Positions 7,461-15,922 of a DNA stretch of 64,000 nt are shown one piece after another. Location: NCBI GenBank assembly GCA_018302815.1, contig JAGVZE010000010.1:3523-67522 (forward strand), read 5' to 3'. The translations under genes were made by a program, and so were the position numbers. The notes below the pieces were generated by a model that saw nothing but the letters and a program-made list of their open reading frames with translations, did not search any database and was not told where the DNA came from. The DNA comes from Candidatus Woesearchaeota archaeon (GTDB lineage Archaea > Nanobdellota > Nanobdellia > Woesearchaeales > ARS49). Position 1 is the first letter of the stretch; each line of letters begins with the position of its first letter.

Positions 7461-8813
7461 CTAGAACTTCATCTGAGGACCGGCTTTCCTGCCGAGCTTC
7501 TTCATAAGCTTCTCAGGAGATTCGCCCTTTAACATCTTTATCATCTTCTTCGACTGCTTATACTGCTTAATAAGATCGCGAATGTCGCTTGTTGAGACTC
7601 CGGAACCTTTGCTGATACGCTCAATGCGTTGGGCGTCGAGCATCTCAGGGTCCTCTAATTCAGCTTTTGTCATACTGTTCATCGCGTGCTTCCACTTCTT
7701 GAGCTTGCCTTCCTGCACCTGAAGCGCTTCTTTTGGCATCGAAATGTTGCCAAAGCCAGGAATCATTTCCAAAACTTTGCCCAATGGGCCCATCTTCGAC
7801 ATCGCTTCCATCTGACTATAGAGGTCGATTAAATTGAATTCGCCCTTGAGAAGCTTTTTTTCTAGGTCTTTTGCTTCGTCTTCAGTTATGGCCTCTTTTG
7901 CCTTTTCAAGGAGCGCTTCGAGATCGCCCATGCCAAGCAAACGGCCGACAAAACCCTTCGGATTGAACTGCTCGAAATCATCGACACGCTCACCGACACC
8001 AATGAACTTGATAGGAGCTCCAGTCACAGCGCACGCGCTCAAAGCGCCACCGCCCTTCGCAGTACCATCCATCTTTGTGACGATAACGCCAGTGATAGCT
8101 CCTGCAGCGTGGAATGCAGAGGCTTGCTGCTGAGCGGCCTGACCGATATCAGCGGAAATCACAAGCAAAGCCTCATTGACATTCGCAGCCTCGTGAACAT
8201 TCTTGAGCTCTGCTATCAAATCAGCAGAAAGAGCGTCCCTTCCAGCAGTATCGATTATTAACAAGTCAAACTTCTTGAACTCAGGCTCGAAATGCCTGTA
8301 AATCTTGATAGGGTCTTTCTCGTCCTTTAAAATGAAGACTTGCGCATTAATCGCTTTTCCAACTTGCGAGAGTTGGTCCATCGCGGCAGGACGGTGCACG
8401 TCAAGACCTAGCAAAGCAACCTTTTTGCCTCGCTTCATAAAATATTTCGCGAGCTTTGCGGCAGTCGTGGTTTTACCTGAACCGAAAAGACCGATAAGCA
8501 TTATTTTAGAAAGACCTTTCTCTTCGATCTTAAGCTCTGACTTGTCACCGCCCAAAAACTTTGTCAATTCCTCATAAACGATGTTGACCAAATGCTCGCG
8601 CTTTGTAAGCGCGCCAGGAGTTTGCTCCTTTGTAATCCTGTCCTTGATTTTTTGCGTGAGGTCAAAAACAAGCTTCACGTTGACGTCTGATTGAAGAAGA
8701 GCGCGCTGGATGTCTTTTATAAGCTCATTGATGAGTTTTTCATCTACAAAAAGCGACTTCGCAATCTTTTGCAGAGTTCCTTTAAGACCCTCTGAAAGCT
8801 TCTCTAATACCAT
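7461..8813 (-). CDS. srp54: Signal recognition particle protein SRP54
   Basis: GLFGSGKTT, DTAGR, TKMDGTAKGGG, Met-rich M domain with RI..GSG; archaeal-type N-terminus. Confidence 0.97.
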   Translation of the reverse strand: MVLEKLSEGLKGTLQKIAKSLFVDEKLINELIKDIQRALLQSDVNVKLVFDLTQKIKDRITKEQTPGALTKREHLVNIVYEELTKFLGGDKSELKIEEKGLSKIMLIGLFGSGKTTTAAKLAKYFMKRGKKVALLGLDVHRPAAMDQLSQVGKAINAQVFILKDEKDPIKIYRHFEPEFKKFDLLIIDTAGRDALSADLIAELKNVHEAANVNEALLVISADIGQAAQQQASAFHAAGAITGVIVTKMDGTAKGGGALSACAVTGAPIKFIGVGERVDDFEQFNPKGFVGRLLGMGDLEALLEKAKEAITEDEAKDLEKKLLKGEFNLIDLYSQMEAMSKMGPLGKVLEMIPGFGNISMPKEALQVQEGKLKKWKHAMNSMTKAELEDPEMLDAQRIERISKGSGVSTSDIRDLIKQYKQSKKMIKMLKGESPEKLMKKLGRKAGPQMKF

Positions 8814-8835
8814 AGATTAACTCGTATAATGGCGG

Positions 8836-8850
8836 TTTATAAAGGTTTTC
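8836..8850 (-). promoter_or_regulatory. BRE/TATA promoter of srp54 (likely leaderless transcript)
   Basis: Minus strand GAAAACCTTTATAAA ending 23 nt before the ATG. Confidence 0.6.
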
Positions 8851-8890
8851 GGTCATCAGCAATAAATACCCTGCAGAATAATGATTACGC

Positions 8891-9241
8891 GTGAAGGACC
8901 TGGAGAATAAAATCCTGGCAGGTTACGATGCGTTCTTTGCAAGTTACGTCAGCATAGATTTTATTCTTGACACGCAAGCCGGCGATCAGCCGTACCTTTT
9001 AGCACCGATAATCGCCGCGACAAGCGGATTTTACAAGGCATATGCGCAAAGCATCAACGCGCGAATCACAGACGCCTGCATTTTCGCCGCAGCAGGCTAT
9101 CTCGCAGCAGGGCTTGATGCGATGGAACGCTCAAATGACATACCGCACTGCGTTCAAGGGGCAGCATACGTAGTCATCGCAGGAATTTACCTCTGGCAGC
9201 AGTCACTAAGCGACAAAACTTCAGTAAGTTACGCCGATTGA
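8891..9241 (+). CDS. Small hypothetical membrane protein
   Basis: 116 aa, several hydrophobic stretches; GTG start. Confidence 0.55.
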   Translation: MKDLENKILAGYDAFFASYVSIDFILDTQAGDQPYLLAPIIAATSGFYKAYAQSINARITDACIFAAAGYLAAGLDAMERSNDIPHCVQGAAYVVIAGIYLWQQSLSDKTSVSYAD

Positions 9242-9849
9242 TGAAGTTCAACCAAGAAGGGCATCAGCGGGTCCAACAAGACACCTGGCATGGTAACCGC
9301 AATGAACACAAAAACCATGGCAATGATGAAAAGCAATACTGCAGGTACAACATACATCAAGATAGCCGTCGACTGCCTGATCCCATGAACTCTCTGTGTG
9401 CCCACAATCAAAAGATAAAACGAGTAAATCCAAACGAAAAAGTTAATGATTGGAATCCAACTAAAGAGCAGATCAGGCGTCCTTGAATAAACGTAAAGCT
9501 GATACGATTTCACATAGTCTGCCTTTCCACCGAAGATGAGAATCCACACGTGAAGCAAAGCTGCAGAGACAAAACTAAGCAGAAGACCCAAAGGATAACC
9601 CAGACCAATTGCGAGCGCCCACTCAAACGCAACGGGCTCTTGCGGCGCCGCTTCTCCTAAATACTTGGCAAGAAGCTCATCTACGATAGGCTGCATAGCA
9701 TAACCAATCGCAGTTGAAAGAACAACGCTTATCAACAGCCACACCGCAAGGAACGTGAACGAATCAGCGAAACCACGCTCTGACTTGATTTTCGTGAAGA
9801 ACTTAGATGGATGGAATAAAATGTCCGAAATTATAGTGAATGGCCTCAT
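9229..9849 (-). CDS. Yip1-family membrane protein
   Basis: IL.HP.KFF start, about 5 TM helices, FGGK..Y...Y..YS.TP, G..RVHG. Confidence 0.8.
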   Translation of the reverse strand: MRPFTIISDILFHPSKFFTKIKSERGFADSFTFLAVWLLISVVLSTAIGYAMQPIVDELLAKYLGEAAPQEPVAFEWALAIGLGYPLGLLLSFVSAALLHVWILIFGGKADYVKSYQLYVYSRTPDLLFSWIPIINFFVWIYSFYLLIVGTQRVHGIRQSTAILMYVVPAVLLFIIAMVFVFIAVTMPGVLLDPLMPFLVELHQSA

Positions 9850-9881
9850 AATGTAACATAATGAAGTATTTGTTTAAAAAA

Positions 9882-10550
9882 TTAGCGTTCCCTTGCCGCG
9901 TGGATAGCGTGCTCGATTACACTAGGAGTCCAACCTTTATTCGCAAGCTCCATGCGAATCTCGTGCACTGTGCGTTTGTGCTCAAGCTGATGAGCCACAT
10001 AATTGATTAAATCCTGCGGGGCAGGATGTATGTGGTCTTCTTTATGCGTCTCTTTGTGCACATAATATTGTTCACGAAGCCAGAAGATAAGTATGATTAC
10101 CACTAACAAGAGAAATACGTTGAGCCCTAGCAGGGCAACAAGTGTCGGCGGAAAAGAGGTTTGAGCAGGAACCTGCACATCAGGCGACGCAACGGCAAGA
10201 CCTGAAATCGAATCCCTTGAATTCTGCATCGATGAAAGCTGCGCGAGCACAGTGCGCTGGAACTGATCCATCGCTGCCTGTATCGAGCTAAGCTTCATAT
10301 CAAGCTGGGCTTGAGAAGCCTTGTGACCCGCGTTGTACTGCTCCAAATCTGCCTTGAGAAGCGAAACATTCCCGCCCAATGAAGTGGCAGCTTCCTGAAG
10401 CCTTAATATATGAATATTGTCCAAAGGAAAATCAGAATAGCGAGTGATACCCATCGCAGGAGCGTTAGGATATGTCGAATCATACGGCACGTTAACCTGA
10501 GCGAACGCGATAGAAGCTAACAGCAACACGAACAGCACACCCTTTTTCAT
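9882..10550 (-). CDS. Secreted/membrane-anchored protein with coiled coil, TM helix and small C-terminal helical domain
   Basis: Signal peptide MKKGVLFVLLLASIAFA; TM near the C-terminus; L.NYV...L......IR.EL..KGW tail. Confidence 0.7.
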   Translation of the reverse strand: MKKGVLFVLLLASIAFAQVNVPYDSTYPNAPAMGITRYSDFPLDNIHILRLQEAATSLGGNVSLLKADLEQYNAGHKASQAQLDMKLSSIQAAMDQFQRTVLAQLSSMQNSRDSISGLAVASPDVQVPAQTSFPPTLVALLGLNVFLLLVVIILIFWLREQYYVHKETHKEDHIHPAPQDLINYVAHQLEHKRTVHEIRMELANKGWTPSVIEHAIHAARER

Positions 10551-10594
10551 AAACCAGTAGAACTGAAGATGGTATTTAAACATTATGCTATCAA

Positions 10595-10711
10595 TCACTC
10601 AGGACTGCACTCGAACTGAGCGTTGAACATCGTGATTGCGAGCCTATCAAGGCAAGACTCGCACGTTCCGTGCATAAAAATCTCATTCTTGTGACATTGC
10701 TTGCAGAGCAT
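10595..10711 (-). CDS. 38-aa Zn-finger microprotein (not in ORF track)
   Basis: MLCKQCHKNEIFMHGTCESCLDRLAITMFNAQFECSPE*; two CxxC; AGGTGGTGA RBS just before the ATG. Confidence 0.65.
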   Translation of the reverse strand: MLCKQCHKNEIFMHGTCESCLDRLAITMFNAQFECSPE

Positions 10712-10764
10712 AACATCACCACCTGACCTGAACATTAATAAACATTACATATCGCCGAGCAATC

Positions 10765-11385
10765 ATGGCAGAGATGAAATTGGAACGCATACTGGGCAAG
10801 ATCCACCACGCGTCTTTTGCGACACAATACGAAGCCGCGAGCACAATGATTCGATTCTCAGAATACTACGAGAACCCGAAACTACGAGGGACCGCATTCA
10901 CTCTCGATGAAGTCATGGATTTCTGGGCTCAAAAAAATGGGAAGATGGAGTATTTTGAATACTGGGAAGGATTCAATGTCCCATCAGTTGTATTCGAGCA
11001 ATTCATCAATGGGAAAATGGATCCCTTACGCGATAAAGAAAAAATGCTTTTGGACGCGCTCAAAAAGATACCGTGTCCTTTTTACCTCATCGCAACCCGC
11101 GAAGGAATAGACCCTGCCACTATGAAACACGAAATAGCGCACGGACTCTTCTATACAAACGCAGAGTATTACAAGAAAGCCATGCACATCATATCTGAAA
11201 TCGACAAAGCGCCCATTTTTGAATTTCTTCGCGATGAGAACTATCACAAGTCCGTGTGGTTTGATGAAACACACGCATATTTGCTCGATGGAGGCTCAGA
11301 CCTTCGCAAAGCAGGAATCGCGCTTAAACCATACCGCAACGCGCAAAAACAGCTCCAAGCGCTCTATCGCGAATTTACAAAATAG
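10765..11385 (+). CDS. HExxH zincin-like hypothetical protein
   Basis: HEIAHG and downstream DETHAY; RF.EYYE.P and W.GFN.P motifs. Confidence 0.65.
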   Translation: MAEMKLERILGKIHHASFATQYEAASTMIRFSEYYENPKLRGTAFTLDEVMDFWAQKNGKMEYFEYWEGFNVPSVVFEQFINGKMDPLRDKEKMLLDALKKIPCPFYLIATREGIDPATMKHEIAHGLFYTNAEYYKKAMHIISEIDKAPIFEFLRDENYHKSVWFDETHAYLLDGGSDLRKAGIALKPYRNAQKQLQALYREFTK

Positions 11386-11464
11386 ATATTTTAATTCTCA
11401 TAGGAATATTTCTACCACGCACAATTATTAACAGAATATTTAATTCGTCACATAGGTGATACAA

Positions 11465-11941
11465 ATGACAAAAATATACCACACAGACTGGGGCGGAAAT
11501 AGGCAAATATACACAGAAGCGAACAAGCCAAACATCGAAGGGCTCATCGAACACGAGCTTAAAAACCACGAATTCGGCGAAAAAATACAATCATTTGCAG
11601 GATGGACACCGCACTATCAATTCGAAGAAGCAGGATTCAAATTAGAGAAAAAAGTGGACCTCTTAAGAATCGGAAAACCAGTCAAAAGAATCAAAAACGG
11701 CGCGTTCCAAGTAAACGTTGAAGGCGTAATAGAAATAACTCCTGAAGACGAGCAATACGGCAGAGCAAACGCAGGAACAAAAGGCATACTTAGAACGCCC
11801 GAAAATAAGCTTTTGCTGCGAAACGAATACGAACGGTTAAACAACTCGCAGATACCATTCGTTGTGTTCAGAACATACAGAGGATGGCCTGCGATTTGGG
11901 ATAGCGTGTATTTTTTCTCACAGGGGGAGTTCAAAGGATAG
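11465..11941 (+). CDS. Hypothetical protein
   Basis: AGGTGA RBS before ATG 11465; no family recognised. Confidence 0.65.
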   Translation: MTKIYHTDWGGNRQIYTEANKPNIEGLIEHELKNHEFGEKIQSFAGWTPHYQFEEAGFKLEKKVDLLRIGKPVKRIKNGAFQVNVEGVIEITPEDEQYGRANAGTKGILRTPENKLLLRNEYERLNNSQIPFVVFRTYRGWPAIWDSVYFFSQGEFKG

Positions 11942-11976
11942 ATTTAAAAGTAAAATGGGAGAACACAGCCCCATAC

Positions 11977-12066
11977 GGGGCTGTCTGCTAGGGGTAGGCT
12001 ACACCCTTGGGGCGACGTAAATGTCTCAAAATGGGTGTGACGCGAGTTCAATTCTCGCCAGTCCCA
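11977..12066 (+). tRNA. tRNA-Pro(GGG) with 19-nt intron at 37/38 (12013-12031)
   Basis: Acceptor GGGGCTG/CAGTCCC-A; D-loop AGGGGTA; anticodon stem CACCC/GGGTG with GGG at 12009-12011; T arm GCGAG-TTCAATT-CTCGC; canonical BHB (bulges GGC and AAT, central TTGG/TCAA). Confidence 0.88.
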
Positions 12067-12136
12067 TGAAACTGCCATGCGAAGCTTTTGTTTAAAATCG
12101 ACAAGGCAGGATTGAACGCTGGCCACGAAGTGGATT

Positions 12137-12160
12137 GAGTTCAATTCTCGTAAGTCCCAT
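12137..12160 (+). repeat. Degenerate duplicate of the tRNA-Pro 3' end (att-like)
   Basis: GAGTTCAATTCTCGTAAGTCCCAT matches 12044-12067 GAGTTCAATTCTCGCCAGTCCCAT at 22/24. Confidence 0.8.
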
Positions 12161-12167
12161 CAAATTT

Positions 12168-12899
12168 ATGAGTCTTAAAACCGCAGTAATATTCACAGGC
12201 CCAACAACAACGGGCAAGACTGACATCGCAACAGCGCTCGCAAAGCGATTCGATGGAGAAATAATCAACTCCGATAGATTGTACGTCTACTCATTCTTGA
12301 GAATTGGGAGCGGATTGTCCGATACGCTTGAATCATCAGATGTCGCGCGGCATCTCTATGGAATATGCGGGCCTTCAGACATACTTTGCGCAGATGAATA
12401 CGTTCGCCGCATTGAAGAACTCGTGCCGAAAATCTTGTCAAGGAAGAAACTGCCAATAATTGAAGGCTGCTCATCAATCTACAACCCTGCGCTAATAGAG
12501 AGCAACCGACAACCAGGCAGGACATTCCACTATTCACCAATAATCGCGCTAAGATGGCCAAGCGGGACGAATTTAAGAAGCAGAATCGAAAAACGGCTTG
12601 AACAAATGTTTGAAGAAGGCCTTTTGCAGGAAGCAACCGCGATTTTCAATTCAGGGTACAAAAGCATACATCCAATCGAAATAAGCGTCGTTTACAACCC
12701 ACTCATGAAATATCTGGATGGTAATCTGACTCTAGCTGATGCGAAAGAGAAAATCATTGATCGTTTTATAGAGGTTGCTCATATGCAGCTAGAAAAATTC
12801 GAGACAATACCTGAAATCCAATGGATAGAAGCCAATCCGAATACACCCCAGAGGACACTGCAGCAGGCAATCGAGATTATAACTGGAGTGTGCCGATAA
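12168..12899 (+). CDS. Isopentenyl(dimethylallyl)transferase, MiaA/IPT superfamily, short form
   Basis: GPTTTGKT P-loop, GEIINSD...Y....IG, RHLY, PIIEG, L..RI..R..QM...GLL.E; 243 aa. Confidence 0.8.
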   Translation: MSLKTAVIFTGPTTTGKTDIATALAKRFDGEIINSDRLYVYSFLRIGSGLSDTLESSDVARHLYGICGPSDILCADEYVRRIEELVPKILSRKKLPIIEGCSSIYNPALIESNRQPGRTFHYSPIIALRWPSGTNLRSRIEKRLEQMFEEGLLQEATAIFNSGYKSIHPIEISVVYNPLMKYLDGNLTLADAKEKIIDRFIEVAHMQLEKFETIPEIQWIEANPNTPQRTLQQAIEIITGVCR

Positions 12900-12936
12900 C
12901 GACATCTTTAAAAACCGCGTTCTAAGCTTTCAGAAT

Positions 12937-13380
12937 ATGAAAAACAACCAACTACTCGAAATCTTTCTAGAGCATTACTGGCACAAGGATACGCGAGACA
13001 CCGAGTACAAACAGCGGAACGTTCCTTACCAAGTCCAGGTTCCGACAACCGTCTTTGAACTCCACAACATACTTAAGCCTAAAAAAACCGATGACCTCTC
13101 AGCCATAGAATACTGCGAACTTATCAAATCAGCTTACGTGAATGAAACACTTGAAGAAATGAAACTTAGCCACGGGCAGAGCACACAGGGAAGAACTCCG
13201 CAATCGTTTGTTTATACTGACAGGCTCGAACCAAGCGTCATCATCACATCAGAAATAGACCTAGCGGCATTTGGAAGGATCTGGTTCACGGTCAGCGCAC
13301 TTGAAAAAGAACGATTCGATAGCCTTGTCAACTTGACGCACGCATTCATGGGAAAACTCAACATACCACGCGCCCAATGA
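12937..13380 (+). CDS. Hypothetical protein
   Basis: 147 aa ATG ORF, TTTAAAAA box upstream. Confidence 0.6.
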   Translation: MKNNQLLEIFLEHYWHKDTRDTEYKQRNVPYQVQVPTTVFELHNILKPKKTDDLSAIEYCELIKSAYVNETLEEMKLSHGQSTQGRTPQSFVYTDRLEPSVIITSEIDLAAFGRIWFTVSALEKERFDSLVNLTHAFMGKLNIPRAQ

Positions 13381-13415
13381 GAATATTTATATAACAAAAC
13401 GACCCTGCGCACTTC

Positions 13416-14237
13416 ATGAAAAAAGCGGTGCTGTATGCAAGCCTTCTTGGCGCCGCCGCAAGCATATTCTTTCTGAAACCCGAAAGTGAATTCTCACAAT
13501 CGTACAGAAATCCATCTGAAATTCAGGCAAGACAATCAATCGAGTCCATCCTAACATTACCAGAGAAAACTGTTGAAAACAAGAAAAAAGTCCAAGCAAT
13601 CGCGCCAATTTCAAGCATTGAGTACGTATCTGAACACAAGCCAATCCCGAACAAAGATGAACATGGTTGCCTGCTCTTTGATAGAGAGTTGAACCGCCCA
13701 GAACCTGATCAGGCAATACCTGAGCGAATAATTGAAGAGAACAGCCCGCTTTCCTGCGCTTTTCGATATTTTAGGCCGATTCGAGAAGCCATGCTTGAAT
13801 ATCACTGCACGCCAAACACTGCGCTTAGAAATGAATCGATTGAGCGAGTACGACAGGAACTAACCGAAGAACTGCGTGCGATGCCAAACTTCGATGCGCG
13901 ACTCTCAACAATACTTCACCTCCAGCAATTAGTATCCGATGAACTGGCGAGAGCCACAGACGTGAGAGCGAGTTCTTATCTGCAATCAATACGAGACAAC
14001 CTTTGCGAAGAGGGAACTGCAATAAATACTCACGCGTTGAATTCTGCGAACTGCTACCAATACCTCGTGATAATGAAATCGCTGCCGAACGAGTCAAAAA
14101 GGCACTGGTATAACCTCTGGATCGGTATAAAGCAGCAAGCTCAAGAACACGAGATACGAGTCAGGCAAGGACAGGCAACAGATTCTCAAGCGCCGCTCGA
14201 ACAAATTCTCCAATTGCGGTTCACTGAAAGCTATTGA
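13416..14237 (+). CDS. Hypothetical protein with N-terminal membrane anchor
   Basis: MKKAVLYASLLGAAASIFFL; TTTATATA about 25 nt upstream. Confidence 0.65.
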   Translation: MKKAVLYASLLGAAASIFFLKPESEFSQSYRNPSEIQARQSIESILTLPEKTVENKKKVQAIAPISSIEYVSEHKPIPNKDEHGCLLFDRELNRPEPDQAIPERIIEENSPLSCAFRYFRPIREAMLEYHCTPNTALRNESIERVRQELTEELRAMPNFDARLSTILHLQQLVSDELARATDVRASSYLQSIRDNLCEEGTAINTHALNSANCYQYLVIMKSLPNESKRHWYNLWIGIKQQAQEHEIRVRQGQATDSQAPLEQILQLRFTESY

Positions 14238-14281
14238 AACTAGATACCCCTTTATATAATACCTGCCATTAAATGATGTAA

Positions 14282-14578
14282 ATGGTAAGCTATAAGCAGT
14301 TATGCGCACGGTGCAAAAAACAATTCGTTCTTATCAGCGGGAACCAGTTCCCCGTATGCTATGACTGCCAGAAAAAAGAGCTTTCGGGCGAAATAAAGGA
14401 TCCGAAAATGAAAAAAATGTTTAAACTGCCAGAAGAGCTCTATATGAACAATCCATTTCTTCGCGACATAAAAGCTAAATACCTTCGATTCGGGAATCTA
14501 ACTGAAAAACAAATAGACGCGTTCAAGAGAGTATCGAAAGAGCTTCTGGATGCCTCGCTTAAGAAATCCACAGACTAG
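14282..14578 (+). CDS. Small Zn-ribbon protein
   Basis: CARC...CYDC; C-terminal L.EKQI..F helix; TTTATATA upstream. Confidence 0.7.
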   Translation: MVSYKQLCARCKKQFVLISGNQFPVCYDCQKKELSGEIKDPKMKKMFKLPEELYMNNPFLRDIKAKYLRFGNLTEKQIDAFKRVSKELLDASLKKSTD

Positions 14579-14603
14579 CGAGCGGTTCTTGGAAATTCAA
14601 TAA

Positions 14604-14883
14604 AGAAATTGTCTGAAACCAATAAAATGCAGTGCATTTTATTGGCCCAGAAAACGCCCTGCGTTTTCTTGGACTCGCTATCCCGCGCAGCAAGCTGCGG
14701 AGTATTACACTAGTTTTCTCCTGTGGGACCGACAATTTCTGTCTGTCAAAAATCACTAAAGCCATACTAGTAGTAGTGATTTTTGAGCACACTCGGAATT
14801 CCATGCAATTTCAATTAGCAACAGGGAATTCCGATGTTTCATTTTAGGAACGTCCAACCGCAGCAAGCTGCGGGGTATTGGAC
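14604..14883. repeat. Nested palindrome cluster (structured non-coding element / REP- or MITE-like)
   Basis: Six hairpins plus a 10-bp enclosing stem; two copies of CGCAGCAAGCTGCGG.GTATT (14686 and 14859). Confidence 0.8.
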
Positions 14884-14980
14884 CCAAAATGAAATAAGAT
14901 AATGCTATTATATGACTGCCGTATTTGGCATCAAAAGAACCGACAAAATGAACATTGACGCACACGGGCAAAATCACAAG

Positions 14981-15922
14981 ATGAAAGCAACAATACTGCT
15001 AACCACATATGCGACAAGAAAGACCGTGCTGCCCACAGTATACGCATTATTGAACCAAGAATTCGCAAAAGATCAATTCGAGATAATAATAACCGACAGC
15101 GAATGGTTGTCGACAGAAGATAAATTCGCATTGGCACACATTTGCAAAGATAATCCGAACCTGCTCCTAAGATCGTTTGAAAACAAAAATTCCGCCGAAT
15201 CATACAATGCTTCGATCCAAGAATCAAACGGAACACATATTTTGTTTATCGCGCCGCATTGCATACCCAAACGAAATTGGCTCAAAAATTGGATAACCTT
15301 AGCATCAAAACACGAAAATTTCATGGCCGCCGGCCATATTGAATGTATCGACTCAAAATATGCAGTAGGAATATATGAAAAAAACCAGCACGAGCGCATA
15401 ATCGCGAAAAATCAGGACAAAAAAGAGAACGCACATTTTGATTACCACAACTCGATAGCAGAACGAAAACTCATCATGGAAAACGGAATGTTCGATACGA
15501 CATTCACGTCACCTGCCTGCGTCACGGAATTCGGATTACGCCACACAATAACGGGTGGAAAAATAGCAGTCATAAGAAGCAACCCCGTGCACCACTTAAA
15601 TGAAATTCGACTTTCGACCTACTGTAAACTCGCATATGCTGATGGCTTTGATGCAGGAATATTGAATCTCAAGTACGCAAAAAATGAAAAATTCAGGACA
15701 ACCCATCCGACCTTGATGAAACATCTCACTTTATTGAATTATGCCTGGCCCGCAGTCGAGATTTCAGCTCGAATAATCTCATTATTTTTCATCGCAACCT
15801 ACTTCGCAGCCCACATAATCCGCTCAAATAACTTAAAACAGCATTCAATATATACCTCCGTGAAAAATTCACACAGACTAGGACAACTCAAAAGCATACG
15901 ACTTCACAAAGAGCTGATTTGA
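14981..15922 (+). CDS. GT2-like glycosyltransferase (atypical, DxD replaced by APHC)
   Basis: GT-A N-terminus (TILL, L.Q...FEIII.D), YN....S.G..ILF; paralog of the next gene and of 19661..20605. Confidence 0.75.
   Translation: MKATILLTTYATRKTVLPTVYALLNQEFAKDQFEIIITDSEWLSTEDKFALAHICKDNPNLLLRSFENKNSAESYNASIQESNGTHILFIAPHCIPKRNWLKNWITLASKHENFMAAGHIECIDSKYAVGIYEKNQHERIIAKNQDKKENAHFDYHNSIAERKLIMENGMFDTTFTSPACVTEFGLRHTITGGKIAVIRSNPVHHLNEIRLSTYCKLAYADGFDAGILNLKYAKNEKFRTTHPTLMKHLTLLNYAWPAVEISARIISLFFIATYFAAHIIRSNNLKQHSIYTSVKNSHRLGQLKSIRLHKELI

Noticed and set aside
11957-11987. Second intron in the acceptor stem: removing 11961-11984 gives GGGACTG, a perfect partner for CAGTCCC
   Set aside because: The spliced product would lack tRNA positions 8-11 and no BHB flanks the hairpin; probably coincidence
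11977-12066. tmRNA (GGGGCTG start and GAC...GTTCAATT...CCA-like end)
   Set aside because: Only 90 nt; it folds as tRNA-Pro with a BHB intron and has no tag reading frame
1-14600. Provirus
   Set aside because: Despite the A1-like gene and the att-like repeat, no integrase, capsid, terminase or portal gene was seen, and core genes (dph6, srp54) are interspersed
14580-14900. CRISPR array or real short ORFs (14559..14804, 14632..14847, 14756..14977)
   Set aside because: Only two copies of one motif with no regular repeat-spacer period and no cas genes; the ORFs look like by-products of the palindromes
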